From the NCBI GenBank assembly GCA_965240325.2, contig OZ251238.1, forward strand, positions 620,001 to 684,000: a DNA stretch of 64,000 nucleotides, read 5' to 3'. Shown piece after piece: positions 11,559-22,357 of the stretch. The DNA is from Rebecca billardiae RCC1528. Lineage: Eukaryota > Protista > Haptophyta. The translations under genes were made by a program, and so were the position numbers. Position 1 is the first letter of the stretch, and each line of letters opens with the position of its first letter. Under the pieces are notes generated by a model. The model saw nothing but the letters and a program-made list of their open reading frames with translations. It was not told the DNA's origin and ran no database searches.

Positions 11559-14500
11559 TCACTGCTGAGCAGCTAACGCCTCGAACGCCAGCTGCACCGA
11601 GCGGCCGAGCCGCTCCGCCTCGACCTCCAGCCAGGGCGTGCCGTCCACGCCGCCCTCCATGTCCACAGCCATCTCACGGCCGGCGGCATCCAGTTCCACG
11701 CCCGGCGCAGGCTCGCCGCGCGCGCGCTTGAACCCCGCCGCCCGCCCGCCCCTCGGCACGCCGCCTCCGTCCTCCGCGGCCGCGGCGAGCGGCGGCGCGT
11801 CGGGGAGCAGCACGAGCTCCGCGCTGGCGGCGCCGCGCCCCGCGCCCGCGCGGCAGCACAGCCGGTGCACGGCGTGGCCGAGCACCTCCGCGGCCGACGC
11901 GAGCTCTGCGCCGCCGCCGCCCTGCGAGGGCGCACCAGGCGGCACGGCGCGGTGCGCGGCTCCGCGCGGCGCGGGGACGAGCGTGATGGCGAGGAGCGCG
12001 CGCGCGGGGCGCGCGGCGCCGCCGCCATCGTGCGCCGGCAGCTGGAGCGCCAGTGTCTCGGTCGGAGCGCGCGCGCCGCCCGAGCCCGCCGCCACGGGCG
12101 CACGCTCGAGCGCGAGAGAGATGGCGTGGCGGAGCTCCGCCGGAGCGTGTGCAAACGCAGAGTAGGGCGCGCCCACCGTGTGCGGCGCGGCGCGCTGCTC
12201 GGCGGCTGTGTCCGCCGTCGCGCCCAGCCCGGCCGAGCTGATCGCCGCCGCCTCGCTCGCGCGCTGCAGCCGCTGCCACGCCTGTAGCCGCTCGAGTGGC
12301 GGCGCGGCCGCGCCCACCGGCCTCAGGCCGAGGTGCGCGGCGCGCGCGCTCAGCTGGCCCAGTGCCAGCCGCCGTTCGAACGCTGCCCACTCGGCGACGA
12401 CGGCGGCGCGCGCGGCCGGCGTGCTCAGGTCGCCCGCGGCCGCGAGCGCGGCGAGCAGCGGCTCGGCGGGCTCGGCGGCGGCCCCCTCCGCCGTCGAGGC
12501 CGGGCAGCCGCTGCCCGCGGCCGCGGAGAGGCGCACGCTCCACGCGCCGTCGACGGGCGAGAGTGCGCAGAGCGCGCAGCCGCCGCCGAGCAGGCACACG
12601 CGCACGCAGCGCGCGGCAGGCGTGGGCTGCGCGCCGTCCTCGGCGCCTGGCTCGCCTGCCTCGGCGGCGGCGGGCGCGGCCGGCAGCTGCCGCGGCGGCT
12701 GCGCGCTCGCCGCCGCCGCGCCGACATCGACGCCGCCGTCGCCGCCGCCGCCGTCGCCGTCAACGGTGACGAGGCTGCAGCGCGCGGCGGCGCCCGCGGC
12801 GCAGAGCGCGCGGCACAGTCGGCTGAGGAGCAGCCTGGTGTGCGCGCGCACCGCCGAGCTGAGCAGCTGCTCCGCATCCACGGCCGCCATGCTGAGCTGC
12901 AGCGCGGCGCGCGCAGAGGGCGGCTCAGCGCCGCCACCGCTCACGCGCGCTCGCTGCCGCCCGCCCAGCCCATCGGCGGACGCGGGCGCAAGCGTCGGCC
13001 ACACGTCCGCCTCCGCCTCTGGCTCGACCGCGGGCGAGAGCGTGGCGACGAGGAACTGCGCGGCGTGCGCGCTGCTCAGCGGCGCGGGCGCCAGCGCCGC
13101 GCCCGCGCACGCCAAGCCGCGCGCGCTCGCGCCCGCGCACGCCGCGCGCGCCGCGGCCGCGTCGTCCAGCGCGGCGGCGCTAAGTGCGTGCACGCTCGCA
13201 CAGTAGCGCTTGCCGGGCGCGGGCGCGCGGCCCGGCCAGTAGGAGAGGGTGACGCCCGCGGTGCTGCCGAGCGCCGAGCCGTCGGCCGAGCCTGCCCCGC
13301 CGCCGCGCGGCGCGAGCCCCGCCGAGCCCGCCGCGCCGCGCGTGAGCGGCGGCGGCTCGTGCAGCCCCAGCCGCGCGCGCCACGCGGTCGTCAGCTTGAG
13401 CCGAGCCGCCTGCGCGCGCAGCGCCTCGACTGCGTGCCTCGCGCAGAAGGCGGAGGCGAGCTGGTCGCCGAGGAGCAGCGGCTCGAAGGGCGGCGTGGCG
13501 GCGGTGCGCGGCCTCGGCTCGGCGTCCGCCACGCCGCCGCCCGCCGCCGCGCCCCCCGCGTCACCACCGATCGCTGCAGCGCCCGCCCCCGCGGCGCGCT
13601 GGGAGGCCAACGCGCCGGCGGCTCCGGCCTCCGAGGCGGCGGCGGCCGCGGCGCGCCGGCTGCCGAGCTCGATCGCGGCGGCGAGCTGCGAGCCGAGCGC
13701 GGCCTGCTCGCGCGCGTAGCTGCCCAGCTCGAGCACGCTCACCCGCAGCCGCAGCTCGAAGTGCCGCACGCGCCACTTGGCGCTGGGCAGCGCGCACGTC
13801 GGGAAGAGGACAAGTGAGTATAATCCGGGTACCTCACACACGACAAGCCCGCCGCACGCGCGCACGGCCGCGCCCGCGGGCGCGCGCAGCCGGAGCGCGT
13901 GGACGCGCGCGGCGCGGAGGAAGCGCGCGTCGTGCGGCGCGCCGCCCGGCCCCGCCTCCGCGCGCGCGCTCGCCGCCTTCGCCTTCGCCGCCGCCGCCGC
14001 CGCGTCGGGCGGCCATTCTGTCCCCAGGCCGAGAGGCAGCTCTGAGTAACTGCCGCCGCCAAGCACGCTCAGCGCGGTGCGCACGTCGAGCGGCGCGGCC
14101 GCGTCGTACGGCGGCTCGAGCGCGGCGGAGGCGAGGTGCGCGAGCCGGCCCAGCGCGCTCAGCGCCGTCGCGTGCCCGTTCCGCGCCCCGCGCAGCGCCT
14201 CCGCCGCGCCGCGCGGCGCGTGCAGCGCGCGCGCCGCCGCGTGCCTCGGCGCAAACTCTGCGAGCGCAAGCAGACGGCACAGCAGCGCGCGCGCGTGGGC
14301 GAGGGGCTGCACGGCGGTGGCGGCGCGCGCGTCGCGGCGGAGCATCGACGCCTCCGGCGCGCCGCTCGCCAGCCCCGCCGCCGCGTGGTGCAGCTGCGCC
14401 ACCACGCCCACGGCGATCGCGCGGCCGACAGCGCCGAGTGTGAGGGGCGCGCGCGCGCTGCCGCCGCCCTCGGCCGGGTGCGCGCGCTGGGCCACGCCGC

Positions 14501-15225
14501 GCTCCTCGTCGGCGAGCGTGCGGCACGCGGGGGGCAGCGCGAGGCCGAGCTCGCGCGAGAGCGCGGTGCGGTAGTTCTGCGCCCGCGGAGTGCGCGCGCG
14601 CGGGCGCACGCAGGGTGCGCGCGAGCGTGAGCGCGGACAAGGGCGCCGGCGCGCGCGCGGCGCGAGCGCGCGCGCGCGGCGTGCGCACATCGAGCATGGC
14701 CGTCCGCGCGCCGAGCTGGGCGTTCTCGCGCATGACGTCGGTGAACGAGACGAACGTGCCTCCGCCGTCCTCCGCGAGGTGCAGCTTCAGCGGATTGCTG
14801 CCGGCATCCACCTTGCTGCGCGCGCACGCGCACGCGCGCGCCTGCTCAGCGCCGCGCGAGAGGTGGCGCGCAGCGCGTGCTCGGGGTGCGCGCGCGCACT
14901 CGACGGCCTCGCGCGGTATCTCGAGGTCGTACGCGTGGAGAACTGTCACCATGGTCTCCAGCTGCGCGTGGAAGCAGTAGCTGCACGTGCGCGCGCGCGC
15001 GCGCGCGCACGCCGAGCCTCCACGTTCGTCAGCGCGCGCCAACACCCGCTGCGCGCGCGCGCGCGCGCCGTGCGGCGCGGAGCCGCACATTCCGTCCAGG
15101 AGGGAGTTCAGGTCGAGGCTCGCGTGCGCCCCGGCGATCCTGACGAGCTCGGCCGCGCTGTCGATCGTCGTGCGCACAGCATCCACGCACTCCTGCGCGG
15201 CGAGCTCGTCCGGCGTGGCTGCCAT
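11559..15225 (-). CDS. MED10-MED14: Mediator subunit fusion: N-terminal MED10-like domain plus MED14-like protein
   Basis: Predicted exons 15225-15089, 14980-14900, 14815-14689 and 14576-11559, with GT-AG introns, all in frame. MED10-like: DLEIPREAVDKVDAGSNP...RENAQLGARTAMLDNYRTALSRELGLALP. MED14-like: HARALLCRLLALAEFA and PYD...VRTALSVLGGGSYSELP. Confidence 0.75.
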
Positions 15226-15320
15226 CGTCGCCACTCGACCGGGGATGCAGGACTTGTGCCGTGCCACCCGGCGTGCGCGGCCGCAGCGCATCCATCCTGC
15301 GCATCGCCGGGGTGTGCACT

Positions 15321-17678
15321 ATGGGCGTGCGCGCGGCTGCCGCGGCGCTGCTGCTGCGCGCGGCGGCGGTGCACGCGGCGGGCGGCGCGGACAGTGACGC
15401 CTCCGTGCACGTCGTCTTCTGCGCCGAGTGCAAGGCGGACATGGACTGGAAGTCCGCCGGCATGTTCCACTCATGGCACACGTCCGGGATGCCTGGCCGA
15501 ATCACGCGGCTGCTCGCGTGCTCCGAGGAGCAGCTCGCGACGTACCCCAAGGCGGCGCTGGAGATGGGCCCGACGTTCGTCCACCGCAACTACCGCACGC
15601 ACCCGCGCGTGCCCAAGGACTTCTCCGGCTCGTACAACAAGGCGGCGTCCATCATGGAGTTCATGGCGCACGTCGACTTTTCGGAGCAGTTCGTGCTGTA
15701 CGTGGACGCGGACATGCTGATCCGCCGGCCGCTGGTGCCGTCGGTGCTCGGCGTGCAGAAGGGCACCGTCGTCTCCGAGCACGTGATGTACCTCGAGAAC
15801 GGCGTCAACGGCGGCCTGATCAAGCAGTTCTCGCCGGAGGCGAAGGGCGTGCCCGCGCCGGTCGGCTGGTACCACTTCTTCCACCGGGACGACATCGCCA
15901 AGATCGCGCCGCTGTGGCTGCACTACTGCGAGCGCATGCGCACCGAGCCGGAGCTGTACTGGAAGCAGTACGGCAAGGTGCGCCACCGCCCCGCGCCGCC
16001 ACGACCGACCACCCTTGCCGCCACCGCTGCGGCTGCGGCTCGAGCCCGCTGAGCGCTCCGCTGAGCAGCGCCCCGCGTCGCCCCGCGCCGCGCTCGCGCC
16101 CACGCGCCGTGCACCGCGCGTCGCGGGCAGATCGACCACGACATCCCGACGGGCGACGCGTTCGTGCGGCAGGGCGGCATCCCGTGGATCTCCGAGATGT
16201 ACGGGTACGTGATCGCCGCGGCCGAGGTCGGCGTCTCGCACGTGCTGACGCACGGCGTCGTCAAGTACGCGCAGTGGCCAGAGGACCACAAGGACAAGCC
16301 GGATTGGATCCCGGATCCGTATATCATCCACAACGGGATCGGGTGCCACGTGAACGACGAGGCGGGGAAGCGCGTGTACGGCTTCGAGAAGAGCGGCGTG
16401 GCCGTCGACCCCGCGCGCGGCTGCGAGCTCGACGATTCGAACGGCGAGACCGAGGAGCCGCCCAAGCGCCGGCTGATGCCGCGCACGCGGTACGCGCCGC
16501 GCCCGCCTCCCTTCCGCCTGGGTGAGCCGGGGCGGAGCAAGCCGCGGCCGTTCAACGAGCAGCTGTGCATCTGGGCGACCAACATGGTGAACAACGCGCT
16601 GTGCGGGCTGTACCGCGTGCAGTGCGGCCGGCCGGCCGAGGAGTGCCCGGTCGAGTATGCGAACGACGGCCAGCCGACGACCGGCGGCGAGCTGGGCTGC
16701 GAGGACAAGGAGGGCGCGCAGTGCGCCGCGTGGGCGGCCGCGGGCGAGTGCGGTAAGAACCAAGGCTTCATGCGCGAGGCGTGCCGCCGCTCGTGCCACA
16801 TGTGCGCGCACGTGCCGCCGCTGGTGCCGCACCCGGAGCACACGTTCAACGGCACGCTCGGCGCGCACCTCATCCACAAGGGGATGACGGCGGCGCAGGC
16901 GGCGATTGGCGGGCGCACCGCGCGCGACGCGCACGCGACGGGCGAGGGCGGCGACGCCGCGGGCGGCGCGCCCAAGTCTTCGGAGGATGGCGGCGGCAGC
17001 GCGCCGGCCGGCGAGAGCGCGCCTGCGGCGACGCCGGCCGCGCTGACCACCCCCGAGCCCACGCCCACGCCAGCGCCCGCCGCCGCGGAGCAGGCGGCGG
17101 CCGCCGCCCAGCCGTCGGCGGCGGGCGCGGCGGCGGGCGCGGCTGGCAGCACGGCCGGCGGCGCCCGCGCGGAAACGGCGGCCATGCCGGCTGGGTCGGC
17201 GGGTGGCGCGCCTGCGGCGCACGCGCGCGACAGCGAGGTGGGTCACGGCCTCGCCGCCGCCGAGGCCGCGCGCGACGGCGTGGCGCCGCTGCCGAGCCAG
17301 GCGGCGGCGCGCATGCCGCGCACGCCCCCGCGCCGCGCCGCAGAGCCAGGCGCGGGCGAGTGGGCGGCGATGCGCGGCGGGGGCGGGGCCAGGCGCGACG
17401 CGGAGACCAAGCCGCCCTTCCGCCGCCCGCCGCTCCGGCGCGAGGGCGCGCGCGTGCTGCCGGACGGCGAGGACGACAGCGGCGACGCCGAGCGCGGCTC
17501 GGCCATCGAGGAGGAGATGGCGGCGGCGACGCGCATCCAGCGGCAGATGCTCGCCATGTGGGGCGTGATCACGCTCTGCCTCGTGTGCTGCATCGGCGGG
17601 CGCGCCATGCAGGTGCGCGAGCGCACGCGCGCGCGCGAACGGAAGCGGCGCATGCTCGGCCCAAAGCACGCCGTGTGA
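15321..17678 (+). CDS. Peptidyl-serine alpha-galactosyltransferase/HPAT-family glycosyltransferase with ShKT domain and C-terminal TM
   Basis: Signal peptide. Motifs HVVFCAEC..DW, GRITRLLAC, YNKA, VDADM (DxD) and WISEMYGY. ShKT pattern CEDK..CAAWAAAGEC..N..FM...CRRSC..C. Intron 15978-16130. Confidence 0.85.
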
Positions 17679-18237
17679 GCGGCCTCACACGGTTCGAGCT
17701 GCCTGCTCTCGCTCGGCTGCCTACGGGTGGCTGAGTCGCCGCCGCATGCACTCGCCCCTCCCCCCCCGCCACGACGGCAGCCATCGCGAGTTCGGTGCGG
17801 TTCAGTGAACCCTTTGACGTCATGACCGTTGGATGAGCAGAATCTGACAGGAATCCGAGCGGCCTGCGTGAGCCAATCAGGAGCACTTCCACGTGGAAAG
17901 CCTGGGAAACTCCGCGCCTCGTTTCGGCCGTTTCTACAGGCCGAAGAGTACCTAGGTTTATGCGTACCAACGAAGCATAGGAGTCAGGATCGTCAAGTTC
18001 CGGCTTTCATTGTATTCGCCAATCAGGATGAGTAAACTTTGCGATCTGGTTGAGCGTGGCGACACAATCTCGGTTGCTTGCTTTCAGGGGCCGGCGCCTC
18101 TGTGGAATGCTCACCCCAAGCGGCCAGCTCGTCAGGTCTTACCCAAACGTTTACCCACGTAGGGCAGTTTGATTGCCGCGCTAATCTCTCCGCACATGGC
18201 CCTGGTAGCCCCAAGCAGCCAGCGCAAGACGTCCCCG

Positions 18238-18954
18238 ATGTTCTCTCGACCGATCTCGCAGGCGGCGCGTCACATCACGCGCCCGCGTGAGCGCGTGTTC
18301 CACCTCTGGCGGCACGACGCCGCCCAAGCCCCAGCCCGCCTCCAGCGGCCCCGCCATCACGCCGCGCGCGAGCTGCACTTCTGCGCGGCGCTCGCCGTCG
18401 AGAGCCAAGGCACCAAGCAGATGATGGGCAGCAGCGCGATGGCGTCGATGAGGACGCCGCCACGCGACGTGGACATATCACCATCATCCATCGCGTCGTA
18501 CACCGTCGCCGCCGAGGCCGGCGTCGCGCGGAACCACCGCCTCGAGGGCATCGTCGACGAGCGGAGCATGGCACCGCCGCAGGGCCGGATCGCACGCCGG
18601 CGCTGCGACCTCGCGATGGAGTGGGAGTGGGTGCCGACCAAAGCAAAGCCCAGCGAAGAGTGCCTGGACGACTGGATGCTGCGACCCAAGGGCGAACCGC
18701 TCTCCCCCGGCATTCCTCTCGGCATGCCGCCGCCCTCGGCCGAGCCCGACACTGCCGCCACCCGCCCAGCAGCAGCCGCCCCCGAGCGTACAGCCTCGGC
18801 GGAGCCACCACGGCGGCTCTCGCGAAAGCGGATGGACCGGGAACAGATCATCGAGAAGATCCAGCTCTGCTTCGATGACCAGGGCTCGCCTGCGCCCGTC
18901 GTGCCGGAGTCGCTCGCGGCGCTGCTCACGCCTGCCGCGGCTGCTGGCTCTTAG
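18238..18954 (+). CDS. Hypothetical protein
   Basis: Intronless ORF with GC3-rich codons and natural-looking composition. No recognised domain. Start uncertain. Confidence 0.5.
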   Translation: MFSRPISQAARHITRPRERVFHLWRHDAAQAPARLQRPRHHAARELHFCAALAVESQGTKQMMGSSAMASMRTPPRDVDISPSSIASYTVAAEAGVARNHRLEGIVDERSMAPPQGRIARRRCDLAMEWEWVPTKAKPSEECLDDWMLRPKGEPLSPGIPLGMPPPSAEPDTAATRPAAAAPERTASAEPPRRLSRKRMDREQIIEKIQLCFDDQGSPAPVVPESLAALLTPAAAAGS

Positions 18955-19484
18955 GACTTTGCTCTGCCGTCGCTCCGTCTGCACACACACGCACACGCAC
19001 TCGTCTGGTCTTTGCCACTCGTCATTCATGGGCGCCGTTGTCCTGGGCTGCAGCACCCTGCTGTGTTCCCGCACCTGCTGAGACAGGTCGGTCGAGCGGA
19101 TCCCGATGCAAGCCATCCAACTACCCGCCCCACCTGGCTGCGTCGGACGCGGGCAGCCCGCACCAGCCGCGGCCCCGTGCCCGCGCACTGGCCTGCGAGC
19201 GCGGCTCGACGTCGCCCTGCACACAAGTCACGCCGCCGCACACACTGTCAAGTCAACCGTCATCGCCCTACCACTGTCTAAACAATATATATACTATATA
19301 TATATATTAAACAGATCGTCATCTAGACGAAATAGCTGATGGTGCGGCCGCACCAGCTAGCTGGTGGCTGCTGGTGCCGGCACTCGGCGCTGCACCGTGC
19401 ACGGCGCCGTCCGTGACGAGTGCGGCTGCGCGGTCCGGCGGCGCGGCCAAGCCGGAGCCGGCAGCGGGCTCAGCCTCCGTGCTA

Positions 19485-20168
19485 TCATCGCCGGCCCCGA
19501 GCATGCGCCGCCTTGTCGCGCTTGCTCTTCACCCCGCCGGCCTTCCCCTTCTGCCGCCCGCCGCCCCGCTTCGCCCCGCCATGCCCTCCCCGGCCGCGGC
19601 CGCTGCCAGATTGTGACCGGCCGGAGGGATGAGGCTTGGACCTCGGTGCGGTCTGCTTCGCGCGCGCCTGCTTGCCGCTCGGCGCACGCGCGCCTGCGCC
19701 GGCCGCTTCGGCACTGGCTTTTCGCTTTTTGCTCTCAGCCTTGTGCAGGGCGATGGTCACGTCGCTCGTGCTGGCGAGGGGCGTGACGGTCGTGGTGGCG
19801 AGCGTGTTCTGAAAGACCTGCTGCGTGTGCATGGCCGGACCGACTGCAGGCGTGGCACCCTTCGCGCCGCCTGCTTTGGACACGGCGGTGATGGGTGCCT
19901 CGGACGGCACCGCCTCCGCAGATCGGTTCACAATCCCGCCGCTCAACGCAAACTTGAGCGCCTGCCGCCGTTCCCGCCGCTCCTCGATCTTTGCATGACG
20001 CGCTTTCTCCTCGAGCGCGCGCTGTGCGATCTCGCGCCGCTCGTCCTTGCGCTTCTTGAAGCCGGTGACGTACTTGCGCCGCGCCGTCTCGTCGAACATG
20101 ATCGGATCCCTCCGCTTCGACGGCTTCGAGGTTCGCCCCTCGGGCTGCAGGGCACGTGGACGCCCCAT
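19485..20168 (-). CDS. NOL12: Nucleolar protein 12 / Rrp17 (Nop25 family)
   Basis: IMFDETARRKYVTGFKKRKDERR...EERRERR motif and a basic K/G/R-rich tail. Confidence 0.85.
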   Translation of the reverse strand: MGRPRALQPEGRTSKPSKRRDPIMFDETARRKYVTGFKKRKDERREIAQRALEEKARHAKIEERRERRQALKFALSGGIVNRSAEAVPSEAPITAVSKAGGAKGATPAVGPAMHTQQVFQNTLATTTVTPLASTSDVTIALHKAESKKRKASAEAAGAGARAPSGKQARAKQTAPRSKPHPSGRSQSGSGRGRGGHGGAKRGGGRQKGKAGGVKSKRDKAAHARGRR

Positions 20169-20457
20169 GGCAGCGCCTACCAAGGGCGTTCCCGGGATCC
20201 TGCCACACGCTCCCGAAAGCAAAGCCCCCCCTGGGGGGGCTTTGCCTTTTTCCGTATTCAATGTACCCGCTTCAAATGGACGAAGCCCGTTCCAATAGGA
20301 AGACGGTTCAATTTGGCGTATGACCGATGCGGGGAACGCCCCTGAGATAGCCTGATCGATCACGATGGAAGAAATGGCTTCGTCCTTGGACGCCAGTGAA
20401 TCAGTGAGACACTGAGACTGGTTCAGCATGGCGGTCGAACACGGCCGGTGACCACAC

Positions 20458-21382
20458 ATGGGTGTGAAGGCCTCTCTTGTGATGGGGAGTGGTTCGGGCG
20501 ACGACCGCGTGCTGAAGCTTCTCAACTCGCAGGAGTGGCAGCAGCTTTCTGGCAGCCGAGCCCATGGCGTGCGGCGCAAGCTCGAGCTCATCGAAGCTAG
20601 TGGTGTGCCGCCGATGCGTGTGCTGCCGGCGAGCGCGCTGTCCACGCCCGAAGGGGTGATGCTCCCGCGGAGCGACACCGCGCTGACGGTGGACGCACGC
20701 GAAGCTCTTGAGAACCGTGGCGTCATCCTCTTCTGCAGCCACAGATGGCTCCGCCCCGAGCACGGCCTGCCGGACGACGCGCACCACACCAAGGCGCGCG
20801 CCCTCGACCGGTTCGCGCGCTGGTACGAGGCCAAGTACCAGGCGCGCAGGGTGTACTTCTGGGTGGACTGGGCGTGCATCGACCAGGAGGCGCCGCTCGA
20901 GGGCGTGAAGGCCCTGCCACTCTACGTCGCGGCGTCGAATGACATCCTCTGCTACGAGACCACCGATTATGACTCGCGCGCCTGGTGCCAGGTGCGCGCG
21001 CGCGCCAGGGCTCATTCCAGGCGCCATATCGAGCGGTGCGCTGACGGATGCGTGCGCCCGCCTCCTCCCACGCGGCCGCCAGGTGGAGAGGCTGGTCGCG
21101 TACAAGTTCATGGCCACTGGACGCATCCCATGGGTGATGCGCCACTCCGACCCGCACGTCATCAGCGGCGCCGTGAGCGCCAAGAGCGTGCGCATGCACA
21201 CGGAGCAGCGCAAGCTGGTCGACCCGGCCACATGCAGCCTGTCCAACCCCGCGACCGATCGCGCCGCCGTCGAGCAGCTGCGCTGGTGCGCGCTGCGAGC
21301 AAAGGCCTGGACGGGGGGCGATCCGCGAGACCTGGACTTTGGCGTCACTGCGGTGGACGCCACCGTCGTCACGCTGCTGTGA
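20458..21382 (+). CDS. Stand-alone HET-like (TIR-related) domain protein
   Basis: Motifs LFCSHRW, YFWVDWACIDQ, ALPLYV and YDSRAWCQVE. Intron 20992-21082. N-terminus MGVKAS. Confidence 0.7.
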
Positions 21383-22357
21383 TGAGCAGCCTGATAGTAT
21401 TCAATAAACGGATGATCGACACGGTAATGAAAATGATGAGCAGAGATCAGCCTGCTATATTATTACGACTAGACTTAGGTGTCGTCTCACTTACATCGTC
21501 AGGTCGTATTTAATATATATAAACTAATATGACTGCTCGGTGCCGCGCCGCTGATGACTCAGTGACTTGAGTCAGTGCCGTAGCACATGGCACTATCGGA
21601 GCATCAGCCAATACCGCTCATATTCACTAAGCTATAGCTGCCGCCTGCGCTAACATCGTCGAGTAGTCATCAGTGCGCCGTGCGGCCCGTCCTGCGGACG
21701 TGTCGTCGTCAACCGGACCTGGCAGTCCCAGTCGGTCGTCCGATGAGACCGTGATCCGTCGCGATTGCGGCGGGCGCGCTATTAGTTATCGTATATCAAG
21801 GCCCTTGCGTATATATTCCTCAGACGTCAATCGTTCATTCAATCGAATTAATCGATATATGCTGATCTGAGCTGATTTTATTTTATTTGATGATCGATAT
21901 ATATTAACGACGTGGTATGCAACGGGCAGGCGTCAGAGTCAGCAAGCTGTAGCAGCAGATCGAGCAGCAGAGACAAACACCAGGATCAGCGCTCCTCGCC
22001 GTCGTCCCCCCCCCCCTCGTAGTCGCCCATCACTCCATCGCCGAGCGGAAGCTCGACGCACCGTCTGGCGTCGACGCGCGCGCGCCACCGCGGTGGTCGC
22101 GGTGCCACGCGTCGTCAGCCGTCGATATATATGCATGATGCGCTGCGCTACTCATCGGGTTATTCATCAATAACGTTCCATCGATATCCGCCAACCGCCA
22201 AGCCCAAGGCTGTGCGCCCATGCTGTGATGCTGCCCCGCGACGACAATCTCAGCCCTGCTGCTGATGCTCCGGAGTCCGGACATGATGCAGCGCGCGCGC
22301 GCTGTCGCTACGGACACGGTGCCGCCATCCCTGGATGATGGCACCGCTCACAGACTC

